DNA of 64,000 nt from an uncultured virus (IMG/VR IMGVR_UViG_3300032030_002667) (taxonomy: Duplodnaviria > Heunggongvirae > Uroviricota > Caudoviricetes). Below the pieces are notes generated by a model, which did not search any database, was not told the DNA's origin, and saw nothing but the letters and a program-made list of their open reading frames with translations. The stretch is taken from IMG/VR virus record IMGVR_UViG_3300032030_002667; one strand, written 5' to 3'. Every line of letters starts with the position of its first letter. Position 1 is the first letter of the stretch. Positions 30,274-40,712 of this stretch are shown here, piece by piece. The position numbers and the translations under genes are program-made.

Positions 30274-31980
30274 ATGAAGAAGCTACTATTTGCATGTCTG
30301 TTTACGGTTTTTGTAATTGGATGCAGGGACTCGTTGCGTTCGCCTGCCATAAGCAAGGAAGAAGCCCGCGCCATCATGGACGATGTGTCGCGCAAGAACC
30401 TTGCATACGAGCCACTGACGGAGCATGATGACTCGATGATGCAACGCGTAGTGGCATATTACAAGGATTATGGGACGAGCAATGATTTGATGGAGGCCTT
30501 TTATCTACAGGGCAGTGTGTATCGCGACCTGCACGAAGCACCAAAGGCAATGGAGGCGTTCTTGAATGGAATAAACGCAGCTGACACAACAAGTGAGGGT
30601 TGCCGATACGACATTCTTGCACGCCTGTATGGACAGAGACATGAGCTCCTGTATCGTCAGAATCTTTATGAGCAATCTATTGAGGCAGAAAGAATGGTAT
30701 TAAAATATGCCATCCTTGCAAAAGACACCTTGTTTATGATGGCTTCACGATGGGAAATACTGGGAACATATTTTTCTCTTAACGATTACCTAACCATTGC
30801 CAATGAATGTTGGAACTTGTTGGAAGAGAGCAAACGAATGGGGGTGTATGCTTATGGCACAAGATGGCTCTGCACATGCGTTTTGGCAAATATGGAGTTG
30901 GGACGAGTGGCGGATGCAGCAAAGTTGCTTTCCATCTATGAGCAGCACAGCGGTCAGGTAAATACCAAAACGCATGAAAGCCCTTTTCCTATATATTATT
31001 ATGCGAAAGGCAGGGTGCTTGCTGCGTCCGGTCAGTTGGATTCGGCAGAGTATTTTTACCGGAAGGAGTTAGAGGCTCAGGATTGGAACAACCGTCAAGC
31101 TGCCTATCGTGGGCTTCGGATGTTGTTTGAACAAAAGGGACTCGCGGACTCTGTCTGCAAATATGCCCCTTTGCAATGTGATGCTGTTGACAGTTCTTAT
31201 CAGGAAAAGTTGTCGCAGGACCTTCAAAACCTACATGAACTTTATGACTACAATCGCCTACAAGCGGAGAACAGCCAGAAGGAACTGCAATTGCAAGAAA
31301 GTCGCAGGAAGGCTCTATACATATGGTGCGCTTTGGCGTTCGTCACTGTCTGCGCGTTGTTCCTCTTCTTTTATTTGCGCTCATGGTATAGGCAGAGGAT
31401 TACGGATACTGAACTGAAACTGGAACGTGCCAATTTGGGTTTGGAGGAAAGGGAAAACATCCTTACTGCACTGCGAGATGAGCTGGCAAAGGTAAACGAC
31501 GAAAAGGAAAAACTGCGGCTGCAGGAAGAAGTGGAACGGGCAGAACGAGAGACGGCGGAGCAAAGGAAAGTCGTGATGAATGATCAGGAAAAACTTGACG
31601 AATTGCGTCGGCGCGCCAAGACAAAGTCAAAGACATTGCGTCAGCAATACTGCCAGTCACCGCTGTTCCTGTCTTTGCTGCGCAGGACGAAGAATAACGA
31701 TATTGCAACAGAGCAGGACTTTGAACTTATACAAAAAACATTGCTGAAGAAAGATGCCGAACTGCTGCAACGCTTTTATGCGCTAACGAATAGCCCTTTG
31801 GAGACGGAGCTGCATGCTTTCCTGTTGCTGCGCTTCGGCATGACAAAGACTGAAGTCGGTTTGCTGATGGCGCACAGTCAGTCGGCAATAACAAATATCT
31901 GCACACGTCTATTCCGCAAAGCATGTGGTCGGAAAAGCTCCACCAGCGACGAAGCTTACGAGTGGATTTATAAACTATGA
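30274..31980 (+). CDS. Membrane-spanning TPR sensor with C-terminal HTH (one-component regulator)
   Basis: Lipoprotein-like signal (VIGC), TPR-like helices, TM segment, coiled coil, LuxR-like C-terminus; divergent from the secreted-protein operon. Confidence 0.75.
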   Translation: MKKLLFACLFTVFVIGCRDSLRSPAISKEEARAIMDDVSRKNLAYEPLTEHDDSMMQRVVAYYKDYGTSNDLMEAFYLQGSVYRDLHEAPKAMEAFLNGINAADTTSEGCRYDILARLYGQRHELLYRQNLYEQSIEAERMVLKYAILAKDTLFMMASRWEILGTYFSLNDYLTIANECWNLLEESKRMGVYAYGTRWLCTCVLANMELGRVADAAKLLSIYEQHSGQVNTKTHESPFPIYYYAKGRVLAASGQLDSAEYFYRKELEAQDWNNRQAAYRGLRMLFEQKGLADSVCKYAPLQCDAVDSSYQEKLSQDLQNLHELYDYNRLQAENSQKELQLQESRRKALYIWCALAFVTVCALFLFFYLRSWYRQRITDTELKLERANLGLEERENILTALRDELAKVNDEKEKLRLQEEVERAERETAEQRKVVMNDQEKLDELRRRAKTKSKTLRQQYCQSPLFLSLLRRTKNNDIATEQDFELIQKTLLKKDAELLQRFYALTNSPLETELHAFLLLRFGMTKTEVGLLMAHSQSAITNICTRLFRKACGRKSSTSDEAYEWIYKL

Positions 31981-32319
31981 CTTGGCATGATGTCCAAGGA
32001 CGTTTGTCGTTTTACAACTTAACGTGGTTAAATTGCAAACTAACCGTGGATAAATTGTTGGGTAATTACATTAGAAGACTGACAGCTAATATAAAATATC
32101 GTAATGCCATACATGAAAACATTGTTCTTTATTTTATTAGTCAAATAGTGAATCAAAATCAAGCAATATACATGTCAATGCTCCAGTTTTACCGCTTCAA
32201 ATGACAAGAAATATTTTACTATACCAGCTGGTGTAGCATAGCACATTTTTAAGCTGCAAGAGTTTATGTGACATCAATTACAAGAAATGTATACAAAATT
32301 GTAACAGACTAAAATAAAT

Positions 32320-33588
32320 ATGACTGCAATAGAAATTTCAATGTTACCAAATATATTTCAACTCATAGATTTTTTGAAATCACAAGAAAATGAAATGATG
32401 TGTTCAACAAATGGATGGGCTGGCTTTTCTATTTGTAACTCTTTTCCACTGCAACGTGTAGCCAATGCTTTATGGGATAGCAATCGAGTGTATGTGAATA
32501 ACAAAGGAAATGATCTGTTCATTGTTAATCGACTTAACAGCGGAAGATATGGTCTTAAGCCCAATCTACGTGAACATCGCTTTCTTTTCAGAGGACAGAA
32601 CAAAGCATATGAAAGAATATTATCCTCTTTCTCAAGAGGAGATAAAGACGACCGCCTTGTAAGCAATCTAAGATGCGAAGATTTTATTTCTCTTCTGAGA
32701 ACTCATCCTCTGTTTATGATGTTTGAACATGGAATTCATTTAGAGCCTATACGCAAACCCTTTTTCTTCGACATGAATTATTATGGTTTAGCACAACATT
32801 ATGGATTTAATACTGGTTTAGTCGACTTCTCTTCCGACATATCAGTTGCCGCATTCTTTGCATGCACGAAACACATTGGGAATGACACGTATGAACCTAT
32901 AACCGACACCAAAGAGTATCCATATGGCGTTATCTATGCTCATGGAATCATTCCATCAGAATCATTTGTCGGTCTTGGCTTTAGAAGTATTGGCTTACAA
33001 ATTTATCCTAGAACTGGAGTTCAAAAAGGTTTTTTCTATGAGGAAGGAAGTACACGAATGCCATTAGAAGAAATGGTTAGTACATATTATTTCCGACACG
33101 ATGCAATTTGTTCAAGAAAGGTATTTGAATTGCAACAAAACGGTCTTAGACTTTTCCCAAAAGATAATATACAACCATATGCACAGGAAATCTTGAATTC
33201 AAATGAGATAACTGGTATTACCTTTGCAAATAATTTGTATACAAATCAAGATAATTTAGATAATAATATTAATAGACTAAGGAAAAAAGGAGTTAATATA
33301 AATTGGGGCAAACAATGGTGCTTTACACAGGATATGCTTCACTCATATTATCAGAATATTAAAAACGGATTGTGGGAAGATTATTGTAAGCAGATTGCAT
33401 TTGTTGACGAAAATGAACAACAACTCAAAGAATCATTACTTAATATTCCCCAATCACCTTACTATCGACAATTCTTTGATGAACGAGAATACAAAAGATT
33501 GCAATATTTTACACTTGACAAAAGAACACGGGCAAAAAGGAATATTAATAAGCCACAAAGTTGTGTGTCCCACGTTTCAGCAATATAG
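32320..33588 (+). CDS. FRG-domain protein
   Basis: FLFRGQ and LAQHYGFNTGLVDFSSDISVAAFFAC. Confidence 0.85.
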   Translation: MTAIEISMLPNIFQLIDFLKSQENEMMCSTNGWAGFSICNSFPLQRVANALWDSNRVYVNNKGNDLFIVNRLNSGRYGLKPNLREHRFLFRGQNKAYERILSSFSRGDKDDRLVSNLRCEDFISLLRTHPLFMMFEHGIHLEPIRKPFFFDMNYYGLAQHYGFNTGLVDFSSDISVAAFFACTKHIGNDTYEPITDTKEYPYGVIYAHGIIPSESFVGLGFRSIGLQIYPRTGVQKGFFYEEGSTRMPLEEMVSTYYFRHDAICSRKVFELQQNGLRLFPKDNIQPYAQEILNSNEITGITFANNLYTNQDNLDNNINRLRKKGVNINWGKQWCFTQDMLHSYYQNIKNGLWEDYCKQIAFVDENEQQLKESLLNIPQSPYYRQFFDEREYKRLQYFTLDKRTRAKRNINKPQSCVSHVSAI

Positions 33589-33871
33589 ACATATTCGCTA
33601 TAAATAATATAAGCAACGAAGTCTGTTTCTATAAGATTGGGCTAATTGTAGAAACATGGGAGAAAAGTTAAAACGAACGAATATTGTTTATGAAGAAGAT
33701 TGTTTTCCTTTATTATATGAATTAATTCCAGACTCTAAAATTAGCCCAAATGCAGTAGCATTAACAAAAGAACTCATGAATTTGGAAAATTTTCCACAAA
33801 AACAACACTCTTATGGAAAATTATGCTACCTTTGCATCACAATTACATAAGATTGTGGAAAAAATACGCTA

Positions 33872-35318
33872 TTGAACCATGAAATTGTAATGGCTTCTTC
33901 AGACAAGGCTACTAACAATTTCATCACAAAGATGAAGAAGGAAGGCCGTCTTGTTAAGATTGCTGCGAAAATATACACTACCAATCTTAATGATACGCTG
34001 GAGAATATCATCCGTAGAAACCTCTCCTTTATTCTTGGCGAGCAATACCCCGATGCTGTCATCAGTCATCGTAGTGCCTTCGAGTGTCGGCCTACTAACG
34101 ACGGGCATATCTACCTTCTATTACACAAAGAAGGTTTCGTTACCTGGTGTTACCATCCATCTGCTTGAAGGTCAGAAAGCATTGCCCAGTGATTATTCTT
34201 TCATGGGCGGATTGCATATCTCATGCAGCGCCAGAGCCTATCTTGAAAACCTCCAGACAGGATATAGTCGCGATGGAGTATCCAAATGTCTTACATAAGC
34301 TGTCTTAGAAGAGAAACTGGACAAAGTACTTCAGACCAATGGCGAGGACGAACTGAATAAATTGCGTGACTCTGCTCGTGAGATTTCCATTCAACTCAAC
34401 ATGACCGATGAGTTCAAGAAACTGGATTCTATCATTGGCGCAATTCTTTCAACAAAACCTTCGAAGATTCTAACTTCGTCCGTTGCCGAGGCCCGAGCAT
34501 TAGGTGAACCTTTCGACAGTCAACGACTGAAACTCTTCAGCATTCTGATGGCTGCACTTAACGAACGTGAGTTTGAGAACTTCCCTGACCCTAATAAGAC
34601 GGATGCTGCCTATAACAATTTCGCTTTCTTTGAGAGTTATTTCTCAAATTATATCGAAGGAACAGAGTTCGAGGTGGAGGATGCCAGACAGATTATCGAA
34701 ACACGTACCCCAATGCCTGCCCGTAATGCTGACAGCCACGACGTACTGGGAACATACTACATCGTGTCAAATCGTAAGGAAATGGCTATCACCCCTACCT
34801 CACCCGACCATCTGCTTGACATCCTCCAACATCGGCATCGTGTGATGATGTCTGCCAGGCATGAAATTAACCCTGGTATGTTCAAGACACAGAACAACCG
34901 CGCAGGTAAGACTCATTTCGTCGATTTCGCGCAGGTTCGCGGCACATTAAAGAAGGGCTTTGAGGTGTATAGTGCATTGCGACACCCTTTTGCCCGCGCA
35001 CATTTCATGCTTTTCATGATTAGCGCAGTTCATCCGTTCTCTGACGGTAACGGACGACTTTCCCGTATCATGATGAACGCTGAACTGACGGCTGTAGGAC
35101 AGTCGAAGATTATCATCCCCACGGTGTTCCGCTCCAACTATCTTGGTGCCCTACGCCAACTCACTCGAAAGGACAATCCCGATAAGCTAATCAATGCCAT
35201 CCAGCGAGTCCGGCTTTTCAGCTATAACCTACATGGCGAAAGTTTCGAGCAGATGCACGACTATATGGAAAACTGCAACGCATTCAAAGAAGAGGATGAA
35301 TATATACTTCGCTTCTGA
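33872..35318 (+). pseudogene. Fic-domain protein, disrupted
   Basis: Fic motif HPFSDGNGRLSR intact in 34362-35318; frameshift near 34115 and in-frame TAA at 34296-34298 split the N-terminal part. Confidence 0.8.
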
Positions 35319-35708
35319 ATGACTTTCTCTTGCACCTGACACACCTCAGCAACATCTGAACACTTATGCTGTCGGGGCTGTTTCTTTTTCTTCATACCAA
35401 CCTTGCCACCACCCATTCATCAACATTTGCGAACATCACTAAGGATTGAGGTTGTCATGCTTGCTGATTGTTTGACACTCAGAATTGGCATTTGATGCTT
35501 CGCTGAATGCCTACCATACCGCAAATTTTACTCCTTTGTTGCCGCTGATTACAGCTTCTTTCTCATAATCATTCTTCTGCCCTTCTCCCCTACCTTCAAC
35601 AGAGATAAGGGTTGCTTATTTGTTGGCGTTGCTTTAGCCTGCTATTTCATCCTTCATTCCACGTTGTACCACTTAGTCTGTTCAATAGATTTCTTACTCG
35701 CGCCTTTC

Positions 35709-35916
35709 ATTTTTCCATTGCAAAGGTCGGACAAGCGTCATGCTGCAAGGGTCACACACAGGCCGTTTCCGTTTGGCTCGAAAAAGTTTCAAAGATTTTG
35801 GGGTGCAGTTGCTCCTATCTCCAAATTCTCTAAGTCATACTGATTGAAATTTTTGTCGGCCATCCCTTGCATTTACATTCCTTCTCCTTGCTTCCGGCTG
35901 TATGCACTGTAAAAAT
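35709..35916. promoter_or_regulatory. Long fold-back A, candidate ssDNA (Frpo-type) promoter
   Basis: Nested arms ATTTTT/AAAAAT, TGCA/TGCA, GTCGGA/TCCGGC, TGCAAGGG/CCCTTGCA, TTTCAA/TTGAAA; left arm has CAAAGGTC. Confidence 0.65.
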
Positions 35917-35960
35917 TAAAAAAGCTAAGTAATTCAATCTAACATTAAACATTCAAAGTT

Positions 35961-36185
35961 ATGGTACACGTTACATTAGAATCAAAATTGAGCTTCGGAC
36001 AAAGCCGTTCACGCCGTCAAGTTAGCAGCAATCTCTACAGAGTTGTAGTAAATGGTGAAGATGGAGAATACTATGAATATGACAGTATCGAAGCCAATTC
36101 GTTCGCAGAGGCAAGCCGTAAAGGGGAAAGTCTCGCCCGTGGTATGGTGGACATCCAGTATATCGAAGTTTATCAAATAGCATAA
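35961..36185 (+). CDS. Small hypothetical protein downstream of fold-back A
   Basis: 74 aa with A-rich translation initiation region. Confidence 0.75.
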   Translation: MVHVTLESKLSFGQSRSRRQVSSNLYRVVVNGEDGEYYEYDSIEANSFAEASRKGESLARGMVDIQYIEVYQIA

Positions 36186-36200
36186 TCAATTATTCACAAT

Positions 36201-36644
36201 ATGTCAAACAATCTAAATTCTACAATCATGACAACAAACAATTCAATCCTCGTCGATAATGTTCGCTCGAACAAGTCTGACAACATGGTATGGGCTGTAT
36301 ATGCACAGGGTAATGAACAGCAAACATGCTATTGCAAGTCACCCTACGCTGCAATGAAAATGGCTTTCCTGCTAAAGAAGCAGACAGGGCTTTACATCTC
36401 TGACATCTGTCTCACTCGTCTCTCGCTGGAGATTCGCAAGCTCAAAGAGGCTGCCCTCACTCCTGAGCAGAAGGAGGTCAAAGAGAAAATCGATGAAGCT
36501 GTTGAACAGTTCGTCGAAGAGCATAGCGTCGATAATGTCCTCGCTAAGGCTGATGAAGAGAAAGCCAAAGCAAAGGGCAAGCGCAAGAGCAGCAAGCCTA
36601 AAGCCTCAGCTAAGAAGCAGAAGGAAGAGAAGGTGGCCAATTAG
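36201..36644 (+). CDS. Hypothetical protein, N-domain shared with 43768-44724, Lys-rich tail
   Basis: WAVYAQG...AMKMAFLLKKQTGLYI...LTRLSLE versus WQVFVEG...AIRYSFLLAKKLNLRI...LAALSLD. Confidence 0.75.
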   Translation: MSNNLNSTIMTTNNSILVDNVRSNKSDNMVWAVYAQGNEQQTCYCKSPYAAMKMAFLLKKQTGLYISDICLTRLSLEIRKLKEAALTPEQKEVKEKIDEAVEQFVEEHSVDNVLAKADEEKAKAKGKRKSSKPKASAKKQKEEKVAN

Positions 36645-36664
36645 GTCACCTTCCTTCTTATTCT

Positions 36665-36699
36665 GTCTTTTTAGTTTTTTTTCTTTTGCCTTACCTTTG
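36665..36699 (+). promoter_or_regulatory. Element-specific promoter GTCTTT-N21-TAnnTTTG
   Basis: GTCTTT at 36665, TACCTTTG at 36692. Confidence 0.75.
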
Positions 36700-36716
36700 C
36701 AGAAAATTCTTCTGCA

Positions 36717-37778
36717 ATGCTAAGTCTTGAAACTTATACCTTCTCTTCTGCCCTGCCGGAATCGTTCACTATCGAAACTGTCCAGGATGAAGATCACGTC
36801 GAGGTGGATATCTTTCTTGATGGGCATACTGCTTACTCTACGCGGCTCTATGCGAATAGTGTCGGAGTATGCACGTTCTATGAACTGCGCTCCATAGTGG
36901 AGCAATACATGATTGCCCATAATCTTACGCTGGCTTCTTTTGAGCTGATGATTTCACATGAGAATGGCGGTGAACAGCTTGAAGACAAGTACATCATCTT
37001 CTCGCGGCACAAGCATGTCAACAATGATACGCTTGACTTCCTGGAGTCGCATTTCCTTACTGGCCGCCCTTCTTATGTGATGCCGCGTAAGTCGTATGGC
37101 TCCATCTCGTTCTTTGCTACGCCTGAGGAGTATTGCACGCCTTTCATTGACTGTGTCTTTGAACGGGATGGGGAGATAATTAATTATCGGCTGAATTATT
37201 CGCTCTACTACCATAATGTGCCGTATATCTATAACATCTCCATTTCGCCTATGTCTATCAGGAATATGGTGATTGCAGCAGCAGAGGACTACGGCAAGCT
37301 GCTAGCTTTTACTGTTCATGCTGGCCGCCGCTCGATGACGGTCTATGTGGTGGAGGAAGAGCCTACCATCCTTTTTTCATTCCGCAATAGCTACAATGCG
37401 CTGGAGTCGATGCCAGTCTTTGGCACTACCACACTGAAGACGGAAGTCAGCAGGAAGGAAGCTGTGTCGTTGAACATCACTTCCTTCTATGACAAGTCGG
37501 TGTCCCGCAAGTGGCAGGTGAAGACTGTACCGCTCTCCCAAGAGGAAGCACATTGGTACAATGACTTCCTGGAGTCCGACTGCGTGACTCTAAACTTGTC
37601 TAATGATTACCCTGACTTGCGCATCCTTATCTCTGACATCACTTCGGAGATTAGCGATAGTGCCAAGGACCTTGTTCACATCAAGTTCTCATGGAGATTC
37701 GAAGATAGCTCTATATGGCTGGACGAAGACAGGTTCCCGCAGGTCTTCTCTGCGCCATATAACGACACCTTCAAATAG
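36717..37778 (+). CDS. Putative tail/baseplate structural protein
   Basis: 353 aa, beta-rich, FRNSYNALE motif, under the element-specific promoter. Role is inference. Confidence 0.5.
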   Translation: MLSLETYTFSSALPESFTIETVQDEDHVEVDIFLDGHTAYSTRLYANSVGVCTFYELRSIVEQYMIAHNLTLASFELMISHENGGEQLEDKYIIFSRHKHVNNDTLDFLESHFLTGRPSYVMPRKSYGSISFFATPEEYCTPFIDCVFERDGEIINYRLNYSLYYHNVPYIYNISISPMSIRNMVIAAAEDYGKLLAFTVHAGRRSMTVYVVEEEPTILFSFRNSYNALESMPVFGTTTLKTEVSRKEAVSLNITSFYDKSVSRKWQVKTVPLSQEEAHWYNDFLESDCVTLNLSNDYPDLRILISDITSEISDSAKDLVHIKFSWRFEDSSIWLDEDRFPQVFSAPYNDTFK

Positions 37779-37829
37779 TTTCCTTTTCATTCTTTCTTAA
37801 CTCTTAATTCTTAACTCTTAACCTTCATC

Positions 37830-38060
37830 ATGCAATCAATACACATTTCTACTGTCAGAAAGATGCTGCAGGCTCCTGAGCCTGTCGATATCAAGTGCTG
37901 GGCGAAGGACGGACGTGTCCTTGAACTGAATAATGTGCTGCCGCTGCGTTACAACTTCTACGAAGGTACGCAGCAGGTGAAGCTCTTGAAGTCCAATCAG
38001 ATTCGAACTATTCGCCTCTGCCTTATCTTCGAGGTGAATGGTATTCCTTGCTTTCTCTAA
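37830..38060 (+). CDS. Small hypothetical phage protein
   Basis: 76 aa preceded by heptamer repeats. Confidence 0.7.
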   Translation: MQSIHISTVRKMLQAPEPVDIKCWAKDGRVLELNNVLPLRYNFYEGTQQVKLLKSNQIRTIRLCLIFEVNGIPCFL

Positions 38061-38075
38061 CATGGCAGGTCGGAA

Positions 38076-38160
38076 AACACATGCTGTGGCGTTGGGCAAC
38101 ACATGCTGTTGCGATGTCCAACACATGCTGTTGCGTTGGACAACACATGCTGTGGCGTTT
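38076..38160. repeat. Four 22-bp tandem repeats (AACACATGCTGT core)
   Basis: Cores at 38076, 38098, 38120 and 38142. Confidence 0.9.
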
Positions 38161-38178
38161 CGGACTTCATCATGATGT

Positions 38179-38213
38179 GTCTTTTCCCATTCCTGCAAAC
38201 TGTTATACCTTTG
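38179..38213 (+). promoter_or_regulatory. Element-specific promoter GTCTTT-N21-TAnnTTTG (probably leaderless mRNA)
   Basis: GTCTTT at 38179, TACCTTTG at 38206, ATG 4 nt after the box. Confidence 0.75.
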
Positions 38214-38217
38214 CCGT

Positions 38218-38739
38218 ATGAAAAGAACAACATCCATAGAGAATATCTTCAGGCCGCTTGCTGAGCAGTCTGTGCAGTCTGCGCTCACTAATGAGGTGCA
38301 GATTGCGGATATTCTCGAATGGGTGCTGGAGCAGGTCGGCCCTTCTGAGGTATGGCAGACGTCCTTCTCTATCAGTGAGGAGTTCCTGCGCCGACTGTAC
38401 TTCATCACACGAGGTGGCAAGGCTTCGGCTATTCACCTGGTACTGGACTTCAAGGCTACAAACAAGACGCTCCACCTGTGGAGGTTCATCGATCAGGTGA
38501 TTTCTGATACTGTTCTCGCAGACAACCATTCGAAGGTCTTACTCGTGCAGTCTGCTTCAGGGGTCAAAGTATCTATCATCACTTCGCAGAACTTGACACG
38601 CGGTAATCGTAATGAAGCTTACATCATCACTACTGAAGCTGCCGTGTTTGACAAGTTCCTCGCTGAAGTGGAACATCTTATCAAATGGCACTCGGTGCCG
38701 CTTTCGGAAATACTGTCTCAAAAAGTTGATTCCTTATAA
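38218..38739 (+). CDS. Phospholipase D-like (HKD) nuclease-fold protein
   Basis: NHSKVLLV...IITSQNLT...RNE matches the HxK...SxN...E pattern. Confidence 0.7.
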   Translation: MKRTTSIENIFRPLAEQSVQSALTNEVQIADILEWVLEQVGPSEVWQTSFSISEEFLRRLYFITRGGKASAIHLVLDFKATNKTLHLWRFIDQVISDTVLADNHSKVLLVQSASGVKVSIITSQNLTRGNRNEAYIITTEAAVFDKFLAEVEHLIKWHSVPLSEILSQKVDSL

Positions 38740-38771
38740 TTCTTAATTCTTAACTCTTAATTCTTAACTCC

Positions 38772-39047
38772 ATGACTTTCACACAAGAACAACTTGAACA
38801 AATCGGTAAGTGGGCTTCTATCTATCTGCCCATCTCGGACATGGCGCTCATGCTGGATATTCCTGCTGAGATGCTGCGTGATGAAATACGCAACAAGCAT
38901 ACGGAGGTCTCGCTGGCTTATCACAGGGGCAAGGCTGCCTCCCGAGTGAAACTGCATCAACAGGAGATGTTGCTGGCACAGGTAGGTTCGCCTCTTGCCA
39001 TCGAGAACGCTCATCGTAATCTCCTAGACATGGAGGATGATGAGTAA
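38772..39047 (+). CDS. Small HTH protein, possible terminase small-subunit component
   Basis: PISDMALMLDIPAEMLRDE HTH-like; AYHRGKA...GSPLAIE. Confidence 0.55.
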   Translation: MTFTQEQLEQIGKWASIYLPISDMALMLDIPAEMLRDEIRNKHTEVSLAYHRGKAASRVKLHQQEMLLAQVGSPLAIENAHRNLLDMEDDE

Positions 39048-39113
39048 ATCACAGCGGTAGCAAATTCTTCACTCTTCATTATTTCATTCTTTCATTTTTT
39101 CATTCTTACTATC

Positions 39114-39743
39114 GTGCCCTTTCCTGCAGTACAAGATGTTATCACTACGGACTTCTTCACAGCTGAAGATGAGCTGAGGAAGCAGCATCCCGCCGCTTCC
39201 GTTGAGCGTGTCTTGCGCCTCCGTGAGCTTTACAACTGGGTTATATCTAACCCAGACTGTAAAGACAAGGAGTTCGTGGATGTGGCCATCGGTAGGTTCG
39301 GCATCTGCAAGACACTGGCTTACGATGACCTCAAAATCATCAAGTCTGTGCTGCCGAATATCACGCAGGCTTCCCGGGATTACCATCGCTGGAAGTACAA
39401 CGAGATGATTCTGGAAACATACCAGATGGCAAAGAAGCGCAAGGACACGAAGACAATGGAGCGGGCGGCCACCTCATACGCGAAGTTCAATAATGTGAAC
39501 GTGGAGGACGAACAATCTGTGCCATACGACATGATTGTAGTCCAACCGTTCACTGCTACTGATGACCCGTCTGTCCTGGGCATCAAGCCCATACCGAACA
39601 TCGAGAAGGTTATCTCGGACATGATTGAGAAATATCGCGCTGAATCGCTTGACATTGATGACATCGAGTATGAGGATGCGGACATCATATATGATGACTA
39701 TGAAGAAGTCCGGGAGGATGAGACAGACAGCCTTAATCTCTAA
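39114..39743 (+). CDS. Putative terminase small subunit / packaging protein
   Basis: HTH-like FGICKTLAYDDL, helical core, acidic tail; GTG start. Inference. Confidence 0.5.
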   Translation: MPFPAVQDVITTDFFTAEDELRKQHPAASVERVLRLRELYNWVISNPDCKDKEFVDVAIGRFGICKTLAYDDLKIIKSVLPNITQASRDYHRWKYNEMILETYQMAKKRKDTKTMERAATSYAKFNNVNVEDEQSVPYDMIVVQPFTATDDPSVLGIKPIPNIEKVISDMIEKYRAESLDIDDIEYEDADIIYDDYEEVREDETDSLNL

Positions 39744-39754
39744 TCTAAATTCGT

Positions 39755-40255
39755 ATGACGAATTTCAATTGGAATGCCACTGCTTTCTTTGAACGGCTGA
39801 CTGCCTCTAACAAACTGGCACAGCAGGAACACTTCGCTTTCCTTCGGGTGAGCGGACTGGAAGGGCTGGAGGAGACGCTGCATACTCTTCAGCGGACAAC
39901 CGCTTTCGTAGCTGTGTCGGACATCGCCCAAGGTTATACGGAGCTGAATAATACACCGCATACCCGAAGGGTGAAGACTATCTTCATCTGTATGCGTCAT
40001 GCTCTGGATGACATGACTGTCAGGCAGCAATGCATGGACACGATGCGGGAGCTTTTCCGGCAGTTCATGTCGGTGCTCATCCAGGAGAAGGTACGGGTAG
40101 AACGTGAACACATCTACCTTGACCCGCGTATCTCTTTCAATGAGATTCCGCAGTATTTCTTCTCAGGATGCGCTTGCGCCTACTTCCAAGTTGCTACGGA
40201 TGTCTATACGGACCTGCACTTCAATAATGAAGAGTGGAACACTTCCCCAATATGA
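39755..40255 (+). CDS. Putative tail terminator / neck protein
   Basis: 166 aa alpha/beta pattern, adjacent to a gp10-like gene. Confidence 0.5.
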   Translation: MTNFNWNATAFFERLTASNKLAQQEHFAFLRVSGLEGLEETLHTLQRTTAFVAVSDIAQGYTELNNTPHTRRVKTIFICMRHALDDMTVRQQCMDTMRELFRQFMSVLIQEKVRVEREHIYLDPRISFNEIPQYFFSGCACAYFQVATDVYTDLHFNNEEWNTSPI

Positions 40256-40265
40256 ATTGTGAATT

Positions 40266-40691
40266 ATGAATTATGAATTTGAACAGAAGGCCATCGAGGA
40301 GCGTGCCAAGTACGTTGCTGCGTTCAATGACACGATGATTAAAATCTGGCAGGAACAGATTACGCTCCTTGGGGTGATTGACACTGGCCAGCTGCTGCGC
40401 TCTCCTGTTGGGGTTCGCGCTACGGCTGACGGCAAGGTGTCGGAGGTGCATCTGTCACAGGCTTTCCTCGAATATGGCTTGTGGCAGGATTACGGCACTG
40501 GAAAAGAGGTGCCGCGTGGGAACAGTGGCGATTTGGGAAAACCCAAAGTGCGCAAGGCTCGCCACTGGTTCTCTCGGAAATACTATATGTCGGTGATGAA
40601 CATCAAGGAGTTCATGGCTGATTCGCTCGGAAGACAGTTCCAGGGGATTTTGGCAGATTTGGACGGGAAGAAACTTGGCAGGATGCACTAA
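40266..40691 (+). CDS. HK97 gp10-like tail completion protein
   Basis: VIDTGQLLRS...EYGLWQDYGTG...RKARHWF. Confidence 0.65.
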   Translation: MNYEFEQKAIEERAKYVAAFNDTMIKIWQEQITLLGVIDTGQLLRSPVGVRATADGKVSEVHLSQAFLEYGLWQDYGTGKEVPRGNSGDLGKPKVRKARHWFSRKYYMSVMNIKEFMADSLGRQFQGILADLDGKKLGRMH

Positions 40692-40712
40692 ACATTCTGT
40701 CTTGCCTTAGTC

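Noticed and set aside
31977..32204. 75-aa ORF overlapping the regulator stop
   Set aside because: AT-rich, no motifs; cannot be supported as a gene.
38076..38160. Possible CRISPR array
   Set aside because: 22-bp period with ~10-nt near-identical linkers, no unique spacers, no cas genes.
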